Source: an uncultured delta proteobacterium (GTDB taxonomy: Bacteria; Desulfobacterota; Syntrophia; Syntrophales; Smithellaceae). From it: 64,000 nucleotides of DNA. Location: positions 480,001 through 544,000 of the forward strand of contig CAVWEH010000002.1 of assembly GCA_963753975.1 (NCBI GenBank), in the 5' to 3' direction. The notes beneath the pieces were generated by a model, which worked only from the letters and a program-made list of their open reading frames with translations, was not told the origin of the DNA and ran no database searches. This document shows positions 54,857 to 63,698 of this stretch, piece by piece. The stretch's first letter is position 1. Each line of letters opens with the position of its first letter. A program made the position numbers and the translations under genes.

Positions 54857-56563
54857 ATGAGAAAATATTTGCAATTAATATTTTGTTTGACAATTATTTT
54901 GCTGGCTACAGGATCGCTTTGGGCAAAAGATAAGTACACGGTAGCTATTTTACCTTTTTCCGTACATAGCGCTGAAAATATCGATTATTTAAAACAAGGA
55001 ATCGGGGATATGCTTTCCACGCGTATTTTTGTACCGAATAAAATTGAGGTTACGGGTAAAAATATTGTTTCCGAAGAACTCAAGAAAATCAAATCCGGGG
55101 AATTAACTTTAGTTGATGTATATAACCTCGGTAAAAAACTGAAGTCTGATTATGTCGTTTGGGGAAGCATTACCAAAATCGGCAAAAGTATCAGTATTGA
55201 TGGAAAGCTGGTGGACATAGCCGCCAACAAATCGGACATCGGCATCTTCGCCCAATCACAAAGCCTTGATGAAGTAATTCCTAAAATCAATGATTTTTCT
55301 CAAAGAATTGTCCAACATATTCTGGGAATTACATCACCGGCAACGACACAAGATACAGGTTCCGCCACTTTCGCTCCCACTGCAAGCCCTAATGCGCCCC
55401 CATCCCCTCCGGGCTCTTCGCGTGAATCGCAAATAATTGCGGGCATGAAAACGGGCAAGAGAGGCACTTTGACTTCGGCAATCAACGCTGAATTTATTAA
55501 TGCTCCCGATCCTACTAATCGCAGGGGATTTTGGATGAGTCAAAAATTACCTACCGAATTTAAAGGTATGGATATAGGAGACGTAAATAATGACGGCTTA
55601 AACGAAGTGGTGGTTATTGACAGTCATAATGTATACATATACCAAAAAAAAGCCAATGAATTGAATCTATTGGAGAAAATTCCCGGAAAATCTTATGATA
55701 ATTATATTTCAGTCGACGTAGCGGATATTAACAAAAACGGTGTAAAAGAAATAATCGTCACATCGCTCAATGATACTTTGCTTGATTCCTTTGTCTTGGA
55801 ATTCAAAGACGGTAAATATGTAAAAATTGCATCGGATATCCGTTGGTTTTTACGTGTAATCGATACTCCATCCGGTCCTTTATTATTAGGACAGGCTTAT
55901 GGTTTTGATAAGCCTTTAGACACACCAATTTATGAAATTGTTTGGAGAGACGGCAAATACGTTTCCGATCAAAAAATGAAAATACCTTTAGGTTTGTCTA
56001 TCTACGGATTAACCATTGATAATGTGGGCGCAGGAGGTGAAAAAATAATCGCCTTGGATGAACTGGACTATTTATGTATTTTTGAAAAAACAAACAAACC
56101 ACTGAGCAAAATTTTTACTTTTGGCTTTTCCAGTGACGCACTTATCTGGAGAAGTGATGATGTATATGGTGGCAGCAATAACTACTTCGAAAATATTGAT
56201 AAAACAAAGCCTGCTGAAAATGAAAAAAGCGCATTTGCCAATTTGCGCATTCTGACTTTTGATACACACAAGGATGGAAAAAAACAGATAATTATAGCAA
56301 AAAACTTATCTTCCGTCGGCCGAGTGTTTAAGCATTTGAAGCTCTTCACTTCCAGTGAAATATATAATCTGGAATGGGACGGCATGGGCATGGCGGAAAA
56401 CTGGCGGACAAAAAAAATCAACGGATACATTGCCGATTATTGTTTTAAAGACATAGATAACGATGGTAAACCCAAATTAGTGTTGGCCTTGGTTTCATCT
56501 GTCGGCGCTTCGTTGCAGGATAGAAGTGTAATAGTTGTTTATGAGCTGAATACCGTCCAATAA
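54857..56563 (+). CDS. Exported VCBS/FG-GAP repeat protein
   Basis: Signal peptide; VAILPF N-domain; GDVNNDGLNE, ADINKNGVKE, DIDNDGKP repeats. Confidence 0.8.
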   Translation: MRKYLQLIFCLTIILLATGSLWAKDKYTVAILPFSVHSAENIDYLKQGIGDMLSTRIFVPNKIEVTGKNIVSEELKKIKSGELTLVDVYNLGKKLKSDYVVWGSITKIGKSISIDGKLVDIAANKSDIGIFAQSQSLDEVIPKINDFSQRIVQHILGITSPATTQDTGSATFAPTASPNAPPSPPGSSRESQIIAGMKTGKRGTLTSAINAEFINAPDPTNRRGFWMSQKLPTEFKGMDIGDVNNDGLNEVVVIDSHNVYIYQKKANELNLLEKIPGKSYDNYISVDVADINKNGVKEIIVTSLNDTLLDSFVLEFKDGKYVKIASDIRWFLRVIDTPSGPLLLGQAYGFDKPLDTPIYEIVWRDGKYVSDQKMKIPLGLSIYGLTIDNVGAGGEKIIALDELDYLCIFEKTNKPLSKIFTFGFSSDALIWRSDDVYGGSNNYFENIDKTKPAENEKSAFANLRILTFDTHKDGKKQIIIAKNLSSVGRVFKHLKLFTSSEIYNLEWDGMGMAENWRTKKINGYIADYCFKDIDNDGKPKLVLALVSSVGASLQDRSVIVVYELNTVQ

Positions 56564-56567
56564 GTAA

Positions 56568-56596
56568 TTGACAAAACTTGTGTGCTTAGGTATAGC
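56568..56596 (+). promoter_or_regulatory. Sigma-70 promoter for tRNA-Met
   Basis: TTGACA-17 nt-TATAGC followed by GC-rich discriminator. Confidence 0.65.
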
Positions 56597-56651
56597 GTCG
56601 CACACATTTATTTTCCCATTAAAAAGGAAAATAATAAGTAACTATCCAAGA

Positions 56652-56728
56652 GGCGGTGTAGCTCAGCTGGTTAGAGCATACGGCTCATATCCGTAGTGTC
56701 CGGGGTCCGATTCCCTGCACCGCCACCA
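56652..56728 (+). tRNA. tRNA-Met (CAT), elongator-type; integration target
   Basis: GGCGGTGTAGCTCAGCTGGTTAGAGCATACGGCTCATATCCGTAGTGTCCGGGGTCCGATTCCCTGCACCGCCACCA. Confidence 0.92.
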
Positions 56729-57825
56729 TAATTATAACAAGGACTTAGGAGTTTTTCTAAGTCCTTCTTTTTTGCGCCCGGGTCACTTTCCGTGCCATAA
56801 ATGTCATCTAAAACGCTTACCGCCTTCATTCTTTTCTCTTTTAATGAATAAAGATATTTTTTAGTGGTTATCAGATTTGTATGTCCAAGGAGCTCACTAA
56901 CAACCTGAACATCAGGCCTATTATTTTCACTACCCATAGCTATTGTTGAGGCGAAAACATCCCTTAAATCTTTGGCAGTGATTTTAATCCCTGTTTTCAT
57001 TGTTATCCTTTTAAACATTTTATCTCTTCTCAATATCCGCTTACCGTTATTGTGATGAAATATAAAAGGCGAATCGGTTTTATAAGCCTCTAATCCTTTT
57101 AAAGTCATATAAAGACCATTACACATATCCAGCTGCCTTAAAGAACTTTCAGTTTTTGTTCCCCTGATTATAATTTCCCTGTTTTCATAATTTACGTCGG
57201 TCCATTTACTGGACAGCGCTTCAGATAATCTTTCGCCGGTAAAAAGTAAAAACCTGAAGAATAAAAGTTCTTCTTTCTCTAACGCTGATTCAGCCTTTTT
57301 TATTTCTTCAGGAGTAAAACCATTTTTTATGATCCTTTCCGGCCTGATTCTTTTTCTGGAAACTTTCCTCATAGGATTTAGGTCTATTATTTCTTCTTTC
57401 ACCGCCCAGTTTAATAATGCGTTTAAATCCGTCACATAATGAGTGATAGTATTCTTTGATATATCCCTCTTGCATTGTTCATCAATGAACGCTTCAATGT
57501 CATTATGAGTAATATCTTTCAGCCGCTTTCCCGCTGTAAAGAAAGGTAAGATAAAACTTTTAAAATTGGAAACGAGTCCACGCACCCTATTTTCAGATTT
57601 ACCGATTCTAGCAGAGTAAGCCAAGAAACCATTCACCGCGTCAACACAAGCCATATTAGAAGCGGAAGCAGCCAATGAGGCCTCTCTCCTTAGTTTACCC
57701 AGATGATTTTCCGCTGCCTTTTGAGCTTCATCTCTGGTATTCCAACCGGAGAGCCTGTACCTGTTTGAGTGAAAGCATATCTGATAGCCCCACTTTCCGG
57801 TATCTTTCCTTTTTCTTATTTGCAT
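56671..57825 (-). CDS. Tyrosine-type site-specific integrase
   Basis: TGERLSE (R), GTKT (K), KDLR (His replaced by Lys), LLGH, TTKKY; C-terminus encoded antisense to the tRNA. Confidence 0.9.
   Translation of the reverse strand: MQIRKRKDTGKWGYQICFHSNRYRLSGWNTRDEAQKAAENHLGKLRREASLAASASNMACVDAVNGFLAYSARIGKSENRVRGLVSNFKSFILPFFTAGKRLKDITHNDIEAFIDEQCKRDISKNTITHYVTDLNALLNWAVKEEIIDLNPMRKVSRKRIRPERIIKNGFTPEEIKKAESALEKEELLFFRFLLFTGERLSEALSSKWTDVNYENREIIIRGTKTESSLRQLDMCNGLYMTLKGLEAYKTDSPFIFHHNNGKRILRRDKMFKRITMKTGIKITAKDLRDVFASTIAMGSENNRPDVQVVSELLGHTNLITTKKYLYSLKEKRMKAVSVLDDIYGTESDPGAKKKDLEKLLSPCYNYGGGAGNRTPDTTDMSRML
56739..56773 (+). terminator. Intrinsic terminator for tRNA-Met, inside the integrase ORF
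   Basis: AAGGACTTAG/CTAAGTCCTT stem followed by CTTTTTT. Confidence 0.8.
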
Positions 57826-58021
57826 CGAGATTAACCTCCTCCTCTCTCGACTTGATATAATTTATCAAGTCAATTTTTCTGTAACGGATTAGCCCCCTGC
57901 CCTTTCCTATCCTGATCTTGACTAGACCACACAATCCGTAAACCATATTAACTTTAACTTTTAAAATCTCCGCTATTTGGTTTACTGTCAAAAGCTCAGG
58001 GTATTTATCCAAAAAATTCAT
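57728..58021 (-). CDS. Excisionase-like helix-turn-helix protein
   Basis: PELLTVNQIAEILKV...IRYRKIDLINYI; overlaps the integrase start. Confidence 0.75.
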   Translation of the reverse strand: MNFLDKYPELLTVNQIAEILKVKVNMVYGLCGLVKIRIGKGRGLIRYRKIDLINYIKSREEEVNLDANKKKERYRKVGLSDMLSLKQVQALRLEYQR

Positions 58022-58046
58022 AATTACAGAATGCGTACGCCATTAT

Positions 58047-58334
58047 TTATTTTCTGATTTCCAAATCGCCAGCATTATCTAGTCTAATATCACCAACGCG
58101 TAATGCATCTTTCAATTTAGCGAATACCTTGTCTCCAACTGCAACAGCCTGTATTAAGCCCAACCTGTCCAGTGATTGCATATCCTCTAGCCCCATCTCA
58201 ATAAGATTAGCCATCATTTCGCTTCTTGTCCTGCGCCCTCTTATAGCGCGAATCCTATCAATTTCTTTTACTATGCTTGGTCTCAACATTACTGTGTATT
58301 GCTGTTTTGCTTCTTCCACTTTTGGTCTTCCCAT
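58047..58334 (-). CDS. Ribbon-helix-helix (CopG-like) regulator
   Basis: MGRPK...YTVMLRPSIVKEID...TRSEMMANLIEMGL. Confidence 0.7.
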   Translation of the reverse strand: MGRPKVEEAKQQYTVMLRPSIVKEIDRIRAIRGRRTRSEMMANLIEMGLEDMQSLDRLGLIQAVAVGDKVFAKLKDALRVGDIRLDNAGDLEIRK

Positions 58335-58384
58335 AATTATACCCCCTTAAATTCTTAATTATAGATACATTATGTTTACTTTTG

Positions 58385-58421
58385 TATAGTGAATATTACT
58401 ATATTGTTAATGCTCTGTCAA
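58385..58421 (-). promoter_or_regulatory. Promoter of the RHH-xis-int unit with palindromic operator over the -10
   Basis: TTGACA-17 nt-TAATAT on the minus strand; near-palindrome TATAGTGAATATTACTATA at 58385-58403. Confidence 0.6.
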
Positions 58422-58628
58422 GTTATTTTTTTACTCTTCCGAAAAGATTACGGTGTGTCATTTTTCGCCATTTGTAAGGGTATTTATTTCTTCCTGAAGT
58501 CAATAGGATGGCAATACATGAAAATATACAACATTTCTTTCGGTAATAAATACTTACTGAATTAATGTGATCCCGTAATTTAATTCAAAATAATATCTTA
58601 TGAAGGATTAATCTGGCTAATAATATCT

Positions 58629-59627
58629 TCAGTCATGAATTAGCGAACGACCATTTTTGCTGAGGTAAGGATCGAGAGTTTTCCAGTCTATTGTGATGAA
58701 AACATTAAAACCTTTCATATAAACTTCAAAAAATCCGAAGCCCAACCCATCTTTCAAGATCACCCACTCACTAGGTGAAGTTACTTTATGCATGATCTCC
58801 CAAGTGCTAATTTTATTGTATGGGTACTCTCTTTTCAGGTACTGAGCAATTTTCTCATCCTGCAGTTTCTGAGAAACTAGTGCTGCAACTTTGCTCTGCC
58901 AGTCGGTTTTATCACCGAATAAATCTGCAGCTTGTAATTCCCTTTTGCTTTCTAACAGCCAAGAAATGGACTCTGCTTCCGCATCGGTTCGATATGGACT
59001 TGCTGCACCCTCACTTATCATAGAGTCTAAACGTCTGACTGATATTAAGTGCTTGTTACTAAAGCTAACGGTGTATTCGTTATTACGATTTATACAACCT
59101 CTGGAATATTTAGAATGGCCAGTGGCGTATTTAGAAATAAAATTATTCCAGAATTTCTCATTTTCGTCTCGCGGGTTTTCAATTTGCGGATACGTGAGAT
59201 CGTTTCTTGAATAATGAGCATAAACATTTCTAAAAATACGATCAGGGAATTTGATCAAGCTGCATTGCAGTTGTTTGATTCTTTCTTTATAAGTCTCCTT
59301 TATTCCACTATCGGGGTTAGTATAGGAAGATATTATTTTGAGCCAGTACTTCTGATATTGCCTTGTTTCCTTCTGACCTTCAGGAGATAAATTGGTCATG
59401 GCGTCATGGTAAACTTTAGCCATCTCTTCATCGAGTTTGGAGAGTTCTGCATCGGAGCATACGATCTTCTCCACCTTACTGGCAGCCTTCTGGCAATCAA
59501 AGCTTGCGGCAGTGGCTTGTGTGGAAAATAATCCGCAAAGAATAATGGCTCTGAAAAATACTTGTAGGAAGGAACTTCTGATGGCTCCCGCTTTTCTGAT
59601 ACTATTTGAACCATTAGTCGATTTCAT
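58629..59627 (-). CDS. Exported protein with LprI (DUF1311) lysozyme-inhibitor-like N-terminus
   Basis: Signal peptide then ASFDCQKAASKVEKIVCSDAELSKLDEEMAKVY. Confidence 0.75.
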   Translation of the reverse strand: MKSTNGSNSIRKAGAIRSSFLQVFFRAIILCGLFSTQATAASFDCQKAASKVEKIVCSDAELSKLDEEMAKVYHDAMTNLSPEGQKETRQYQKYWLKIISSYTNPDSGIKETYKERIKQLQCSLIKFPDRIFRNVYAHYSRNDLTYPQIENPRDENEKFWNNFISKYATGHSKYSRGCINRNNEYTVSFSNKHLISVRRLDSMISEGAASPYRTDAEAESISWLLESKRELQAADLFGDKTDWQSKVAALVSQKLQDEKIAQYLKREYPYNKISTWEIMHKVTSPSEWVILKDGLGFGFFEVYMKGFNVFITIDWKTLDPYLSKNGRSLIHD

Positions 59628-59771
59628 AACTGCCTCCGGTTAAGCTATGTAGTGATGAAAATAATTTTAAGCTTGAAGGATGATGATATTTATTTTCTAA
59701 ATGATTGCAATAGATATTATTTCGTGACGAAAATTGCGTATGTATCAATATTGAATGTTTCTACCAGTTAT

Positions 59772-59847
59772 CATCAATTTATCTTGACAGGTTTTTCTAA
59801 CACTTAGTAGGTGAAACAAATAATCGACTTCTTCCTGAAGTCGGCAA
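59772..59847. repeat. Inter-cargo repeat copy A
   Basis: ACTTAGTAGGTGAAACAAATAATC is 20/24 identical to copy B, then TCGGCAA; contains TTCTTCCTGAAGTC, also at 58488. Confidence 0.65.
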
Positions 59848-59990
59848 CTTCCTAGATTTCATATTTATACTAGATTGCTAGTGGAAATAGTGATATTAGG
59901 AAAGCGTATTTAAAAGGCAAGCTCAAATAACAGTCCCATATTATGCATCCTTTTTAAGACTAAGTGAGGGTGTTATGTGGCTGATTTTTG

Positions 59991-60029
59991 AAACCCCGTT
60001 TCTTAAAAAAGAGTGGGGTTTTATTTTTT
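59991..60029 (+). terminator. Intrinsic terminator-like hairpin
   Basis: AAACCCC...GGGGTTT stem followed by TATTTTTT. Confidence 0.6.
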
Positions 60030-60112
60030 GGGATACTGTTATAATTAAAACTACCTTTAGTGACATTCTGATAGTTAGGTAATTTACATTTTTAAGCATA
60101 GAATAAGGTTCA

Positions 60113-60754
60113 ATGATGCAAATATCAGAGTTAACAGTTAGACTAATAATTCTCATCATTCCCGGTATAGTCGCAACTTTAATAGTGGATACTCTGACAA
60201 TTCATCGGGAATGGAGTCCTTTCAGGTTTAGTATTTATTCAGTAGTGTTAGGAGTCACATCTTATATATTCTACCAATTATTCTTGTGTATGTGGCATCT
60301 ATTATTTTTGTTATGCCCACTCTTTCCTGACCCTCCAAGTTTAATATTTTGGTCGTCATTATTTGATAATACGATCCCAATTTCCATATACGAAGTTATT
60401 TTTACATGTTTATGCGGTTTAGTTTTAGGTCTTTTATTTACTAGCATTATTAACCATCAATATTTATACAAAATTACAAAGAAGCTAAAAATATCAGATG
60501 TATATGGTGAGGAAGAATTATTTACACATTTTATGAGGAAGGACGATGTAGAATGGGTATGGGTAAGGTGCAAGACTACAGGTTTGACATATGATGGTTA
60601 TGTAGATAGCTTTGCAGAAACTGAAAAATTACAAGAAATAGAATTGAAAGATGTTACTGTATACAATTCAGAAGATTCTAAAGAATTATATAAACTATCA
60701 AAAATTTATCTTGCTTCACAACCGGGAGACTTTATAATCGAAGTTAGAAAATAA
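60113..60754 (+). CDS. Membrane protein, DUF6338-like
   Basis: LIIPG first TM, further TMs, then WVWVR...YDGYVDSF..E...EIELKDV beta domain. Confidence 0.6.
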   Translation: MMQISELTVRLIILIIPGIVATLIVDTLTIHREWSPFRFSIYSVVLGVTSYIFYQLFLCMWHLLFLLCPLFPDPPSLIFWSSLFDNTIPISIYEVIFTCLCGLVLGLLFTSIINHQYLYKITKKLKISDVYGEEELFTHFMRKDDVEWVWVRCKTTGLTYDGYVDSFAETEKLQEIELKDVTVYNSEDSKELYKLSKIYLASQPGDFIIEVRK

Positions 60755-60772
60755 TTAGAAGGATAATCTATT

Positions 60773-60928
60773 ATGGAAAAAAGAGAAGCCGATCTAAAAG
60801 AAGTATTTGAGGTTAGGAAAGGCGGTTCAAAACCAAAACCTACTACACCAAAACCACAGGGGCCACCGCCACCATTAAAGCCGCAGGGACCACCACCTCA
60901 ATCAGAGCCACAGAAGAAGTCAAATTAA
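60773..60928 (+). CDS. 51-aa proline-rich peptide (not in ORF track)
   Basis: MEKREADLKEVFEVRKGGSKPKPTTPKPQGPPPPLKPQGPPPQSEPQKKSN, AAGGA RBS, 18 nt after the DUF6338-like stop. Confidence 0.6.
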   Translation: MEKREADLKEVFEVRKGGSKPKPTTPKPQGPPPPLKPQGPPPQSEPQKKSN

Positions 60929-61080
60929 AGGATAGATACAAAAACGTATAGTTCTTGAAAAACAATTAACAATCTTCAAGAAGAAATAAAGAACTTATGT
61001 CTATGACTTATTTTGAGGGGTTTGGATTATTATAAAGCATACATATGGACAGTGTCGGATGCATGAACTAAGATTGGGAG

Positions 61081-61623
61081 ATGCAAATGGATACACACGA
61101 TTGGGCGGCATTATGTACTGCCCTTATCGCAATAGGCACGTGGGCCCTCGTTTTCGCCACCTTCCGACTCGTTAAAGAGCAGCATGAGACGACCAAGGCC
61201 GAACTTAGGGTAAAACTACAAGTGCATATGGAAGACAGATTTGACTCCCACTCAATGCTCCTAGCACGCCAAGCACTGGCGAGCAAATTGCTGGCTGGTG
61301 TTCCCCGCGAAGATATTCAAGAAACAGTAATGAACTTCTTCGAATCTCTTGGGACACTTTTTCGCCGCGATTATCTTGATCCGGATATGATGTGGGAAGA
61401 TTTCAGTTTCCATGCCACACGATGGTGGAGTGCTACGAAAGACTACATACTCGCGGAACGCAATTTACAACGTAACGATGATACGATTTTCCATGATTTC
61501 CAGAAACTAGTTGATGAATGCTATTCTATAGAAAGTACCAGAAGAAAGCTCTCTAGGGCACAGCTTGAGCCCAGTCGACAAGACGTAAAACAGTTTTTGA
61601 TTGATGAAAGTAATCTTCTGTGA
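61081..61623 (+). CDS. Single-TM protein, DUF4760-like
   Basis: N-terminal TM; VMNFFESLGTLFRRDYLD motif. Confidence 0.55.
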   Translation: MQMDTHDWAALCTALIAIGTWALVFATFRLVKEQHETTKAELRVKLQVHMEDRFDSHSMLLARQALASKLLAGVPREDIQETVMNFFESLGTLFRRDYLDPDMMWEDFSFHATRWWSATKDYILAERNLQRNDDTIFHDFQKLVDECYSIESTRRKLSRAQLEPSRQDVKQFLIDESNLL

Positions 61624-61655
61624 GGCATCATAGGGGTTACTCCCTTTCCGTCAAT

Positions 61656-61726
61656 AATCTTCAATTATGACAACTACCCATTACTGAAACTTTGTAGGTG
61701 AAACAGTGAATCTGTAGGTTCGGCAA
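61656..61726. repeat. Inter-cargo repeat copy B
   Basis: 33/42 ungapped identity to copy C; shares GTAGGTGAAACA and TCGGCAA with copy A. Confidence 0.7.
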
Positions 61727-61847
61727 TCCAAAAAAAATCATAATTTAGTTTTTTTGTTGACTCCTGCCTGAAATTCTCATTTTTCAAATTATCGATTCTA
61801 TGCTAGGTTACAACAAGTAATCGTTAGAGAGAGAGAGGAAAGAAATT

Positions 61848-62474
61848 ATGAAATTAAGAAGATTGATTGCAATTTTGTTAATATCTTTTATCGCAATTTT
61901 TCCCATTGCATGCAGCATGGGGCAAACAAGATATGACTTATGTAACACACCAGTTATTGGGTTAATCATGTATCCATTATTTCTTTGTGCCTCCTCACCG
62001 CTCATTCCTGAGACGGATATCTCACTTTTAGAATCTGGCGTTGTGTTAAAAACAATTTTCAAAGCACGTATCGAAAAAAGCTATAAGTTAATACTATCTT
62101 TTTATTTTCCAAAGGATCAAGATAGAGATAAAGACAATATTATAGGAGGACCAGGATACGACGGATACTGCAGAAGCTGCTTAGAAGAATGTAACTCAAA
62201 TCGAATGTCAGAAAGCGAAGAATATCGTAAATCTTATGGGACAATGATTCCTATTAGAGTCATAGTAACGAAATTGTCAGATTCAACTGTTGTTGTTGAT
62301 AAGACATTCCAAACTGTGTGTTCTATTGCATCGGGAGCTAACGATAAATGGAGAGACATTGGTTGGATAAAATTAACTGAAGGCAAGTATTCAATTGAGA
62401 TTATTAACACCACAGCTCAACCAGAATTAAAAGGAATTCAAACGAAAATTGGGTTATATATGGGAGGACATTGA
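61848..62474 (+). CDS. Putative lipoprotein/exported protein, DUF5625-like
   Basis: Signal peptide ending IAC; YGTMIPIRVIV, KLTEGKYSIEI. Confidence 0.55.
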   Translation: MKLRRLIAILLISFIAIFPIACSMGQTRYDLCNTPVIGLIMYPLFLCASSPLIPETDISLLESGVVLKTIFKARIEKSYKLILSFYFPKDQDRDKDNIIGGPGYDGYCRSCLEECNSNRMSESEEYRKSYGTMIPIRVIVTKLSDSTVVVDKTFQTVCSIASGANDKWRDIGWIKLTEGKYSIEIINTTAQPELKGIQTKIGLYMGGH

Positions 62475-62555
62475 AAATAAAACGAATGCTAAACCATTAA
62501 TCCAACGTGTGGCATACAACTGATGGTGATCATTGTGTTTCACCTTTCAAATAGC

Positions 62556-62608
62556 AATCCTCAATTTTGACAATCACTCTCCACTGAAACTTAGTAGTGT
62601 AAGCAACA
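62556..62608. repeat. Inter-cargo repeat copy C, immediately downstream of rep
   Basis: AATCCTCAATTTTGACAATCACTCTCCACTGAAACTTAGTAG; inverted AGGTGAAACA at 62536-62545. Confidence 0.7.
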
Positions 62609-62627
62609 ATTTAATTCATTTCTCTTT

Positions 62628-63698
62628 CTATGAATATTCATACTGCTTTTTATAACCTTCAAATTCTTTTTCAAATACAACATCATCATTACCAACTGCA
62701 GGAATATACAAAGACCACTTAACAGGATTGATATATTGATCTCGCCCTATTCCAAGCGTATGCTCACCGTCAGAATTTCTTATCTTATGCCGCATATTAT
62801 AAAGACGTTTTTTAAAAAGCCATAACAAAGCCCTTATCAATTCCATTTTATCTTTTATCTTTTTATCAACATCACCCATAGGAGATAAAGATTTTGTAAT
62901 GTATCGCGTCAAATAACTTGCAAGGACAGCGCCGTTATCATGATGTCTTATAGGCTTACCAAATCTAATTCCTTGCGGCTGCGAATAAGGCCACAACTTG
63001 CTTAAATCCTCAATTTTCGCCACCCATGAACCATAAAACAACAAATGAAAATGAACCATTCCCTTTTCTGTAAATTCCATTACCCATGCAATAAAATTAT
63101 TTGGCTCACTATACTTCTTTTTATGCATTCTTAATTTACGCAAGAAATCAGAAACAAAATATCCGCCAACCACAGCAAGATAAGCTTCCGGTCCTAGATA
63201 CCACCAATCAGGAATAATCTGTTTAACAATATCAGGATCAAAAGTAAGGATTAAATGACTTACCTTTTTTAATCCCTTTACTTCATCCAAAGCACGTTGA
63301 CCAACAATCCAACTATAATTATATTCACTATTCCAACGAGATTTATTCGGGAAAGTCTTTAATTCCCCCGCTTCATTGACCAAAGGAGGCGACATTGAAC
63401 CATCAACCCGAATCAACATTTTTTTAAAATCATTAATAATATCCTTTTGATCAACAAAACCAAATTTAATAGGCTCTGATAGTTTATGATTCTCTAACCA
63501 ATTATTACCGCCAGTAGCAAGGCCATAAGGGCAATCTCTTTTTTCTTTTGTTTTTTTGTCAAAATCAGCACTAGTCAGTCTGCTATGCTTCCGGCACGCC
63601 CTGCTTGCGCTAAGAGCTTGCGCGCCTTCGCGATTAATTACCTCAACAACCCTCGAGCCCGGAATCGAATTTAAAACAAACTGGACTAAATCTGACAT
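62628..63698 (-). CDS. Rolling-circle replication initiator (HUH endonuclease)
   Basis: Motif I HLILTF, motif II WVMEF...VHFHLLF, motif III YLTRYITK; ATG 63698 with GGGGG RBS. Confidence 0.8.
   Translation of the reverse strand: MSDLVQFVLNSIPGSRVVEVINREGAQALSASRACRKHSRLTSADFDKKTKEKRDCPYGLATGGNNWLENHKLSEPIKFGFVDQKDIINDFKKMLIRVDGSMSPPLVNEAGELKTFPNKSRWNSEYNYSWIVGQRALDEVKGLKKVSHLILTFDPDIVKQIIPDWWYLGPEAYLAVVGGYFVSDFLRKLRMHKKKYSEPNNFIAWVMEFTEKGMVHFHLLFYGSWVAKIEDLSKLWPYSQPQGIRFGKPIRHHDNGAVLASYLTRYITKSLSPMGDVDKKIKDKMELIRALLWLFKKRLYNMRHKIRNSDGEHTLGIGRDQYINPVKWSLYIPAVGNDDVVFEKEFEGYKKQYEYS

Noticed and set aside
59931..59980. dif-like site inside the element
   Set aside because: Only fragments (CATA/TTATG) match; no 11-6-11 XerC/XerD arm structure
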